DNA of 64,000 bases, from contig DATAFO010000036.1 in NCBI GenBank assembly GCA_036257465.1, positions 13,189-77,188 on the forward strand. Direction: 5' to 3'. Below, in pieces: positions 41,335-49,252 of this stretch. Positions within the stretch are counted from its first letter, which is position 1. Each line of letters begins with the position of its first letter. The translations under genes were made by a program, and so were the position numbers. Below the pieces are notes generated by a model, which did no database searches, was not told the DNA's origin, and saw only the letters and a program-made list of their open reading frames with translations. This DNA is from Solirubrobacterales bacterium. GTDB taxonomy: Bacteria > Actinomycetota > Thermoleophilia > Solirubrobacterales > 70-9.

Positions 41335-41696
41335 CGCGCGGTCCCCTCCGCGATCACCGCATCCAGTTCCGCAAGCTGTCTGCGGAGACCACCGCAGACC
41401 TCCTCGCAGAGGCGAAAGACGCTCTCGTCCGCGACGGAGTAGTGGGCGAAGTTCCCCTCCTGACGGCGGCCGACGAAGCCCGCGTCTAGCAGCACCCGCA
41501 GGTGCTTGGACACGTTCTGCTGCGAGCTCGACGTTGCCGCGACGAGCTCGCCGACCGTGGCGTCCCCCTCTCGCAGGCGATCGAGGAGCTTGATCCGCAT
41601 CGGCTCGGCGAGAACCCGAAAGCGCTCCGCGATCAGCTCGACCAGGGGTTCGGGAAGCGGATGACTGAGCGTCGTGACGGCGGTCATGGAGCGCAC
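41331..41696 (-). CDS. ArsR/SmtB-family transcriptional regulator
   Basis: ERFRVLAEPMRIKLLDRLREGDATVGELVAATSSSQQNVSKHLRVLLDAGFVGRRQEGNFAHYSV is the winged-HTH ArsR signature. C-terminal cysteines occur in RLCEEVCGG. Confidence 0.9.
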   Translation of the reverse strand: MRSMTAVTTLSHPLPEPLVELIAERFRVLAEPMRIKLLDRLREGDATVGELVAATSSSQQNVSKHLRVLLDAGFVGRRQEGNFAHYSVADESVFRLCEEVCGGLRRQLAELDAVIAEGTAR

Positions 41697-41701
41697 TATA
41701 G

Positions 41702-41727
41702 CACAACTACACTACTGTGTGGTTGTG
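41702..41727. promoter_or_regulatory. candidate ArsR operator: AT-rich imperfect palindrome
   Basis: cacaactacac-tact-gtgtggttgtg (10 of 11 complementary positions), located 6 nt upstream of the arsR start codon in a locally AT-rich patch. Confidence 0.45.
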
Positions 41728-41758
41728 TACTGCGCGCGACGGAGACGGGCATGAGGAG

Positions 41759-42670
41759 TCACCTCGCGAGTACCTTGGCCAACCCCTTCAGCCCGACCTC
41801 CATTCCGTTCCAGAAGAGCCCGGCATGGAACGGTCGACCACTGCTGAACCGCCACGGCACAGACATCCCGAGCATCCTCTTGCCCGCCCGCCACGCCTTC
41901 GAAGACCCGACCCGGTAGTCATCGCCAGCGTCGGGTCGAACCTCGACGGGTCGCGCCCGATCCCCGGTGATGCGCAACCCTGGGAAGGGAGTCGACGCGA
42001 TGTAGGGAGGGAAGGCGACGAGCAGGTCGGCGCAGATCGGCGCCGAGCTCCTCGGTACGCGGTCCGCGGCTGCCTTCGATCCCGTCAGCATGTGCATGCG
42101 CACGATCTCGTACAGCGGCCCCGCGCACTTGTTGTTCGGTGGCACCAGGAACAGCACGCGCCGCCGCTTGCCCAGCCCAGCCGCAGTCACGAGCTCGGCG
42201 AAAGCGCTTCGATCGAGCATGTCCTCGGGCGTCCAGGTGCTGATCGCGTACTGGTCGAGGCCGGAACGTCCTCGGCCTGCATGCCAGCGCCGGTCGCAAC
42301 CACAAGGAAGTCGTAATGCAGCGCACGGCCGTCGGCGACAACCCGGCGGGCATCTGGATCGATCTCGTGTGCGCGAGCGCCCACGAGCGCGATGCCTCTA
42401 CGTCCGACGATTTCGCGGGCGGCACCCGGAGCCGTTCAGGGTCGAGACCGAACGGCACGTAGATCGAGTTCGGCTTGAAGAGAAAGTGGTCTTGGTCGGA
42501 GACCAGCGTGATCTGCGCACCCTCGCCGGCAAGTCTGCGCAGGTTGAAGGCGGCCTCGAGTCCGCCGAAGCCCCCGCCAGGGACGACGACGCGGGCCGCG
42601 GCGCGACCACGCGAACAGGCGCCTCGCCGCTCACGCGACAGCCGACATGCGGAGCGCGCCTACCGGCCAT
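41759..42670 (-). pseudogene. decayed SQR-like flavoprotein gene (at least 3 frameshifts plus an internal deletion)
   Basis: Homology hops between frames. The segments are RVVVPGGGFGGLEAAFNL...FLFKPNSIYVPFGLDPERL, then REIVGRRGIALVGARAHEID...HYDFLVVATGAG, then GLDQYAISTWTPEDML...RRVLFLVPPNNKCAGPLYEIV. Shifts are near 42590-42610, 42420 and 42258-42264. About 70-80 residues are missing between the KCAGP motif and DLLVAFPP. Confidence 0.7.
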
Positions 42671-42676
42671 GACGTT

Positions 42677-42798
42677 TTAGAACCCCCGGGTCTCGCGTAG
42701 GCGCTGGGACTCCGCATGATCAGGCCGTATACGTAGAAGCCGAGGTACGCAAGGATCGCGAGCCAGAACGCGGTCATGAGCCGCTCTCTGCGCCTCAT
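42677..42798 (-). pseudogene. remnant of the small two-TM protein family (copy 2)
   Basis: MRRRERLMTAFWLAILAYLGFYVYGLIM aligns with copy 1. The conserved C-terminus ESQRLRETRGF* is present but in another frame, so the second helix has been deleted. The ATG overlaps the WS/DGAT stop (ATGA). Confidence 0.5.
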
Positions 42799-44309
42799 CT
42801 CGTCACCTCCTCGATCCCGTTCGAGCGGGCGAAATCCGCCAACTCGACGATGGAGTCCTCGATCCCGCCCATCACCTCGGCGGCGTCCGGAACGGTCGCG
42901 TGGTCGGCGTTGAGGCAGAAGAACATCCGCCCGTCGTAGCTCAACACTGCCAGGCCCACCGCGTGCTCGGCGGCGAGCGGAACCAGGGGCCAGATCTCCT
43001 CCAACCTTGACCCGAACGCGTACAGCGGGACCTGCGGGCCCGGGACGTTCGTGATCGTGATGTTGAAGAGCCGCGTCGCGAACAGCGACCGCGCCAGGAA
43101 CGTGTGCAGGGCAGGCGGGGCGTGCGCCGCCAGATTGATGATCGCGCTCGAACCCTCGGCCTGGTGCCCTGACTTGAGAATCTCCGCCTCATGCACCGTC
43201 GCGCGATAGCGCTCGAGCGGATCCGAGATCGAGACCGGCAGGTTGACGAACAGCGAGCTGATCCGGTTCCCGCGCGCGGTGTGCTCGTCGGCGGCGCGGA
43301 CGTTCATCGGCACCATCGCCCGCACCCCGGACTCGGGAGGTTCCTCGCCCCGCTCGAGCAACAGCCGCCGGAGGCCGCCCGTCGCGGCGGCAAGCACCAC
43401 GTCGTTGACCGTTCCTCCGAGCTCACGCTTGATCTCCTTCACTCGCTCGAGCGGAACCTCGAGGAGCTCGAGCCGACGCTTGCCGCCGATCGCCTCGTTC
43501 AGGCTGGTGTGCGGCGCGGGAACGAGCTCGTCGCGCAGCAACACCTCGCCCATTGCCAGCGAGCGGCGCGCGACGTCGCGCACCTGTCCCGGATGGCGGA
43601 CCAGACCGAGTCCTCGGCGGACCCCGCCGACCGCACCTTGGCCAAGCCGGAACGGAAGCGCCGCGATCCGCATCGGGACGGCGATCAGCCCGGCCCGCGT
43701 GCGCCCCGCTGCCTGATCGGCACCGGCGCCCCGATCCGGGCTGTGCGCGGCACCGTTCGTCGCTGGTAAAGGCTCGGTGTCGAGCATCAGATGCCCGATG
43801 TCGACCGAGCCGACGCCGTCGACCATGCAGTGGTGGGTTTTCGTGGCCAGGGCCCAGCGCCCGTCCTCCAGTCCCTCGAGGACGACCATCTCCCACAGCG
43901 GGCGCGTGCGGTCCAGGCGCTCGGAGTAGAATTCGCCGGCCCACTCGAGCAGCTCGCGTCGGCCTCCGGGGGCCGGCAGGCGCTCGCGCCGGACGTGCGA
44001 GGCGATGTCAAAGCGCTTGTCGCGCTCCCAGCTCGGCCAGTGCAGGCCGCCGGTCCTGGGCGTTGAGAGGCGCTGGGTGAAGCGGGGGAGACGGTCCAGG
44101 CGCGATTCGAGATGGCTGCAGACCTCGGACACGGGGGGCGCCGGCAGCATCGGCACGCGCTCGAACACCATCACGCCGCCGATGTGCATGTGGGCGCTCT
44201 CGTCAGCCTCCTCGAGCTCGAGGAACGTCGCGTCGAGCGCAGTGAGACGATCCGCAGCGGTCACTGCGATCAACGCTAGGTCGCGGGCGCCCCTCGGGCA
44301 TCCGTACAC
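42795..44309 (-). CDS. wax ester synthase / diacylglycerol acyltransferase (WS/DGAT)
   Basis: LTALDATFLELE...HMHIGGV, the catalytic HHCMVDGVGS, NVPGPQVPLY, and LAVLSYDGRMFFCLNAD. The start may lie a few codons inside the ORF. Confidence 0.9.
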   Translation of the reverse strand: MYGCPRGARDLALIAVTAADRLTALDATFLELEEADESAHMHIGGVMVFERVPMLPAPPVSEVCSHLESRLDRLPRFTQRLSTPRTGGLHWPSWERDKRFDIASHVRRERLPAPGGRRELLEWAGEFYSERLDRTRPLWEMVVLEGLEDGRWALATKTHHCMVDGVGSVDIGHLMLDTEPLPATNGAAHSPDRGAGADQAAGRTRAGLIAVPMRIAALPFRLGQGAVGGVRRGLGLVRHPGQVRDVARRSLAMGEVLLRDELVPAPHTSLNEAIGGKRRLELLEVPLERVKEIKRELGGTVNDVVLAAATGGLRRLLLERGEEPPESGVRAMVPMNVRAADEHTARGNRISSLFVNLPVSISDPLERYRATVHEAEILKSGHQAEGSSAIINLAAHAPPALHTFLARSLFATRLFNITITNVPGPQVPLYAFGSRLEEIWPLVPLAAEHAVGLAVLSYDGRMFFCLNADHATVPDAAEVMGGIEDSIVELADFARSNGIEEVTR

Positions 44310-44345
44310 AAGCGGTAACCCGCTCAGGGGTGAGTACGGAGACCA

Positions 44346-45004
44346 TTAGGCCGCTTCGCGTCCGGCGCCCGCCACGCCCGAGGGTCGGCCTTCCGGACCC
44401 ACATCCGCCAGATGCAGCGCGACCAGGCTCGAGGCAGTGAGGGCGATGACGCCGTCGAGTCGGGGCTGGTTGAGCGCGAGGACGAAGGCGACCAGCAGGA
44501 TGCCAAGCAGGTTCACGAGCAGCTCACCGCGTTGTCTGTCGCGATACGAGCGGCGGGCACAGCCGGCGAGCGCACCGAGAATGCCCGAAACACCGACACC
44601 GCGTAAGAGTGGACGAGCTCCTGATCGAGGCCGCCGGCGAGCACGATCAGCGCGGCACCGGCGCCGAGGAAGGCCACAACGGCCCGGTAGGGGACGAATA
44701 AGCGGTCAGCGACCTGGTGGCCTGGAACCCGGCGAACTGCACGCCGTCACCGAGGCTCGCCCCGTCCCACCCCAGCCAGAAGGGTGGAGTCATCCGGGGG
44801 CAGTCCGATCCCCAGCTCGACTGCTAGCGCGGCACTTGCGCGGCACGGGAAGCGACACACGAGCTGGTGATGGGTGGCGGCGACGACGGCGATCGTGTCG
44901 ATCACCAGCGCCATCGTCGGGAAGAGGTCGGAGAGGCCGCCGTCCAGGCCGTTTAGCGCCGACTCGACGGCGTAGGCGACCGACGAGACCGGATCCGCCA
45001 TCAC
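44346..45004 (-). pseudogene. collapsed remnant of an APC-superfamily permease
   Basis: The N-terminal piece MADPVSSVAYAVESALNGL...FPTMALVIDTIAVVAATHHQLV resembles the start of actinobacterial APC permeases. Later TM-like pieces (FVPYRAVVAFLGAGAALIVLAGG, then in another frame GILGALAGC...LLVNLLGILLVAFVLAL) follow. About 220 codons remain of an expected 600 or more. Weakest pseudogene call. Confidence 0.4.
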
Positions 45005-45151
45005 CCTGAAGGCGAAGGCGACGAAGAGGTGAAAGCGCGCTGCCCCCGTCGCGGGGAAGTACTGAGAGATAACGGTAGTGCAAGCGGATTTCGAGCCGTC
45101 AACCCCCGCCTACGTTATTGGCGACAGCTGACGCCGCCCGAAGGAGCCAGA

Positions 45152-47470
45152 ATGCCGAGCACGACCCGCGAAGCCGCTTCCGCCGTGAGGCTATTCTCCG
45201 AGCTTGGCCGCCGAGATGTGGCCTATGCCGGCGGCAAGGGCGCCAACCTCGGCGAGTTGACCGCGGCCGGCCTCCCGGTGCCGCCGGGGTTCGTGGTCGG
45301 CGCTCCCGCGTACGCGGCGTTCTGCGAGGGAGGAGGCCTGCGCGCGCGGATCGAGCAACGGCTCACCGACCTCGACGTTGACGACACGTCGGCGCTGGAG
45401 CAGGCAGCCGCCGAAGTGCGTGCGATGGTCGAGGCCGAGCCGATCCCGGCCTGGCTCGAAGATGAGATCCGGGCCGCCTACCGAGAGCTCACCCACAACG
45501 ACGCCGACGCGCCCGTCGCCGTTCGCTCCTCCGCGACCGCCGAGGACACAGAGGCCGCCTCGTTTGCGGGCATGAACGAGACCCTCCTCAACATCCAGGG
45601 CGAGGACGAGGTGGTCGAGGCAGTGCGCCGCTGCTGGTCCTCGCTGTTTGGTGCCCGGACCGTCTTCTACCGGGCCAAGCGCGGCTTCGGCCAGGCGGAT
45701 ATGGACATCGCGGTGGTGGTCCAGCGCCAGATCCTCGCCACGAGGGCGGGCGTGATGTTTACGATCGACCCCGCCTCCGGCGACGAGGGCCGGCTGGTGA
45801 TTGAGGGCTCCTTTGGGCTGGGCGAGGCGGTGGTCTCAGGGAGCGTGTCCCCCGACCGCTACCTGGTCGAGAAGCGGACGCTGGCGATCACCGCTCGCGA
45901 GGTGCGGCGCAAGGAGCTGGTGATCGAGCCCAAGCCCGGCGGGGGAACGGCGACCCGCCAGCTCTCCGACGAGGAGGCCTTGCGGCCGGTCCTTTCCGAC
46001 GACGAGGTGACCGAACTGGCCAGCATGGGGCGGACGATCGAGGAGCACTACGGCGCGGCCCAGGACACCGAGTGGTGCTTCGACGCCGACGGGGTGGCTT
46101 GGATGCTGCAGTCGCGGCCGGTCACCTCGGCCGGCGGCGAGGCCGCAGCGGCTTCGGCCGAAGCGGTCGCCGCCCAGGGCGAGATCCTGCTACGGGGGCT
46201 GGGAGCGGCTCCAGGGATCGGCGGGGGCCGGGCGCGCATCGTGCGCGAGCTGAGCGACGCGGACGGGCTCGGCGATGGCGACGTTCTCGTTACCCACATG
46301 ACGGCGCCCGATTGGGTGCCGCTGATGCGGCGCTCGGCCGCGATCGTCACCGACTCCGGAGGCATGACCTGCCACGCCGCGATCGTCTCGCGCGAGCTGG
46401 GCATCCCCTGTGTTGTCGGAACGGCCGATGCCACGACCAAGCTCCGCGACGGCGAGCTGATCACCGTCGACGCAGCCGAGGGCGCGGTGCGCGAGGGCGC
46501 GGTTGCGGTCCCACGCGAGCCTGCCGCCCCACCCGCCCGCCCGGCGGCAGCCGCTGCGGCGGCGACTGCGACGAAGCTGCTGGTCAACCTCTCCGAGCCC
46601 TCGCAGGTCGAGCGGGCTGCGGCCCTCGAGGTCGAGGGGGTCGGCCTGCTCCGCGCCGAGCTGATGGTGATCGAGGCACTCAACGGAAAGCATCCCCGGC
46701 TACTGCTCGAGGAGGGGCGCGGGGAGGAGTTCGTGGAGCGGATGGGCGCCGCCCTGACTACGTTCGCCGCAGGGTTCGCGCCCCGGCCGATCACCTACCG
46801 GACGATCGACTTCCGCACCAACGAGTTCCGTGGCCTCGAGGGCGGAGATCGCTTCGAGCCTGAGGAGGCGAACCCGATGATCGGCTACCGCGGTGCCCTG
46901 CGCTACATGCGCGAGCCCGACTTGATCGGGCTCGAGCTGGACGCGATCCGCCGTGTCTGGGACACCGGCCACACCAACTTCCACGTGATGATCCCGTTCG
47001 TCCGTACCCCTCGGGAGCTGGCGGCCGCCCGGGAGGCGGCGGAGCGTGCCGGGCTGATGAAGCAACCGCACTTCGAGCTCTGGGTGATGGCCGAGGTCCC
47101 ATCGGTGCTGTTCCACCTCGAGCGGTACGCCGATCTGGGCGTAGCCGGGATCTCGATCGGGTCGAACGACCTCACCCAGCTGATGCTGGGCGCCGATCGC
47201 GACTCCGAGGTCGTCGCGGAGATCTTCGACGAACGTGACGAGGCGGTGGCGGAGTACCTGCGGCGGCTGATCCCCCGCGCGCGCGAGCTCGGCCTTCAGA
47301 CATCGATCTGCGGCCAGGCTCCCTCTGTGCACCCAGAGTACGCGGAGCTGCTGGTCCGGGCCGGGATCGACGCGATCTCCGTCAACATCGACGCGGTCGA
47401 CAGAGCCCGCCGGCTGATCGGCGCGGCCGAGCGGCGTGTGTTGCTCGAGGCGGCCCGCGACTCGGATTGA
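45152..47470 (+). CDS. ppsA: phosphoenolpyruvate synthase (pyruvate, water dikinase)
   Basis: The SD aaggag precedes the ATG. GGKGANLGEL, VAVRSSATAEDT, the phosphohistidine loop GGMTCHAAIVSRELGIP, and the PEP-utilising TIM barrel GISIGSNDLTQL are present. 772 aa. Confidence 0.92.
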   Translation: MPSTTREAASAVRLFSELGRRDVAYAGGKGANLGELTAAGLPVPPGFVVGAPAYAAFCEGGGLRARIEQRLTDLDVDDTSALEQAAAEVRAMVEAEPIPAWLEDEIRAAYRELTHNDADAPVAVRSSATAEDTEAASFAGMNETLLNIQGEDEVVEAVRRCWSSLFGARTVFYRAKRGFGQADMDIAVVVQRQILATRAGVMFTIDPASGDEGRLVIEGSFGLGEAVVSGSVSPDRYLVEKRTLAITAREVRRKELVIEPKPGGGTATRQLSDEEALRPVLSDDEVTELASMGRTIEEHYGAAQDTEWCFDADGVAWMLQSRPVTSAGGEAAAASAEAVAAQGEILLRGLGAAPGIGGGRARIVRELSDADGLGDGDVLVTHMTAPDWVPLMRRSAAIVTDSGGMTCHAAIVSRELGIPCVVGTADATTKLRDGELITVDAAEGAVREGAVAVPREPAAPPARPAAAAAAATATKLLVNLSEPSQVERAAALEVEGVGLLRAELMVIEALNGKHPRLLLEEGRGEEFVERMGAALTTFAAGFAPRPITYRTIDFRTNEFRGLEGGDRFEPEEANPMIGYRGALRYMREPDLIGLELDAIRRVWDTGHTNFHVMIPFVRTPRELAAAREAAERAGLMKQPHFELWVMAEVPSVLFHLERYADLGVAGISIGSNDLTQLMLGADRDSEVVAEIFDERDEAVAEYLRRLIPRARELGLQTSICGQAPSVHPEYAELLVRAGIDAISVNIDAVDRARRLIGAAERRVLLEAARDSD

Positions 47471-47593
47471 TCGGCGGCAGTGCCCGGCGACAGATAGGCT
47501 CGGGCCCCTAAGGTCCAATCGGTCCGAGGAGGCGGCATTCCGGGCAGCACGGTCACCGAACTCGAGCGGCGCTACGGGCGCCCGGCTACGCAG

Positions 47594-49252
47594 GTGCTGG
47601 ACCGGCTGCGGGCTCTGAAGCGCGAGCACGGCCGGATCGAGGCGGCCGATATCGATCGCCTGGCTGCCGAGCTCGGCCTTCCGCGGGCCCATGTCAACGC
47701 GGCGGCGTCGTTCTACGCGGACTTGGGCTTCCAGCCTCGGGGCTCGCGCCACGTCCAAGTCTGCGCCGGGACCGCCTGCTTCGCGGCCAGCGCTGGCTCG
47801 CACATCAACGACCTATCGCGCCGGATCGGCGTCGAGGCTGGCGGCATCAGCGAGGACGGCCGGACGTCGCTGCAACCCGTGTATTGCCTCGGCTACTGCT
47901 ACGGAGGCCCGGCGGCGCTCGACGGCGAGCAGCCCCGTGCGGGCCACGACCTCGTCGAGCAGCTCTGCGAAGGAGCCGCGCCGGGCGATCCCGAGATCCC
48001 CGTGCATACCACGCTCGAGGATCCGGTCGTGCTCGCCGGAGTCCTTGATCCTGACGCGGATCCCTGGGAGCCGGTACGCGACGTCCTTGCAGCTCGGGAC
48101 CTCGCCCGCGTTCAGCGCGAGGTGGTGGCGTCGGGGCTGCGCGGGCGTGGCGGCGCCGGATTTCCGGCGGCGGTGAAGTGGAAGGCGGCCTCGGAGGCGC
48201 CCTCGCGCGGACCCCGGTACCTGATCTGCAACGGCGACGAGGGCGATCCCGGGTCGTTCGTCGACCGCCTGCTGATGGAGCGCGATCCACAGCGTTTGCT
48301 CGCCGGGATGACGCTCGCGGCATACGCCAGTGGAGCGACGCGGGGCTTCGTGTACGTGCGCTCGGAATACCCGCGCGCCCGCGATGCGGTGCGCGCCGCG
48401 ATTGTCGCGGCCCGTGCCGACGGGCACCTGGGATCTAGACCCGACGACTCGGGCTTCGACTTCGACGTCGACGTGTTCGAGGGCGCGGGCTCGTACGTCG
48501 CCGGTGAGGAGACGTCGCTGATGCACTCGATGGAGGGCCTGCGGGGCGAGGTCGCTGCGCGTCCGCCTTACCCCACCGAGCGCGGCTTCCTTCATGCCCC
48601 CACCGTGGTCAACAACGTCGAGACGCTCTGCGCCGTGCCCTGGATCGTCGATCGCGGCGGCGAGGCCTACGCCGCCCGCGGGGCCGACGGCTCGCGGGGA
48701 ACCAAGGTCGTCTGCCTGAACGAGCGCTTCCGGAACCCGGGCGCCTACGAGGTCGAGCTCGGCACCAGCGTGCGCTGGATCGTCGACGAGCTGGGAGGGG
48801 GCATCGAGGATGGCCGAGACCTGCGGGTGCTCCAGGTCGGCGGGCCGCTGGGCGGTTTCCTGGGGTCTGATCAGCTTGATGTGCCGCTGACGTTCGAGGC
48901 GCTGCGCGACGCCGGCGCCGACCTCGGCCACGGCAGCCTGATCGCGCTCGACGACCGCATCGACCGCGAGGCGCTCGAGCGCCATTTCTGGCGCTTTGCG
49001 GCGAGTGAGAGCTGCGGCACCTGCGGGCCGTGCCGGCTGGGGACGCGCCAGGGCCTCGAGCTGGCGGAGGGTCGGGGTGGCCCGGACTCGGAGGAGGCCC
49101 GGTCCGAGATGTACTCGGCGATGGAGCGCGGCAGCCTCTGCGCCTTCGGCCGCAGCATCCCCAACGTCGCCCGGAGTCTGGACCGGGCCTGGAGTGGCGG
49201 GGCGCCCGCACCGCGCCGCGGCGCCTCCACGCCGCACGCAGAGCACGCATGA
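47594..49252 (+). CDS. NuoE-like/NuoF-like fusion: diaphorase (gamma-beta) subunit of an NAD-dependent formate dehydrogenase
   Basis: The N-terminal 2Fe-2S thioredoxin-like part is VQVCAGTACFA...CLGYC. The NuoF core has GLRGRGGAGFPAAVKW, YLICNGDEGDPGSFVDR and ESCGTCGPCRLG. GTG 47594 lacks an SD, and conserved-looking residues (TELERRYG) extend upstream with no canonical start. Confidence 0.8.
   Translation: MLDRLRALKREHGRIEAADIDRLAAELGLPRAHVNAAASFYADLGFQPRGSRHVQVCAGTACFAASAGSHINDLSRRIGVEAGGISEDGRTSLQPVYCLGYCYGGPAALDGEQPRAGHDLVEQLCEGAAPGDPEIPVHTTLEDPVVLAGVLDPDADPWEPVRDVLAARDLARVQREVVASGLRGRGGAGFPAAVKWKAASEAPSRGPRYLICNGDEGDPGSFVDRLLMERDPQRLLAGMTLAAYASGATRGFVYVRSEYPRARDAVRAAIVAARADGHLGSRPDDSGFDFDVDVFEGAGSYVAGEETSLMHSMEGLRGEVAARPPYPTERGFLHAPTVVNNVETLCAVPWIVDRGGEAYAARGADGSRGTKVVCLNERFRNPGAYEVELGTSVRWIVDELGGGIEDGRDLRVLQVGGPLGGFLGSDQLDVPLTFEALRDAGADLGHGSLIALDDRIDREALERHFWRFAASESCGTCGPCRLGTRQGLELAEGRGGPDSEEARSEMYSAMERGSLCAFGRSIPNVARSLDRAWSGGAPAPRRGASTPHAEHA

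Noticed and set aside
45044-45056. ccccg-tcg-cgggg hairpin downstream of the permease remnant and upstream of ppsA as a terminator.
   Set aside because: It has only a 5-bp stem with a 3-nt loop and no T-tract. That is too weak to call.
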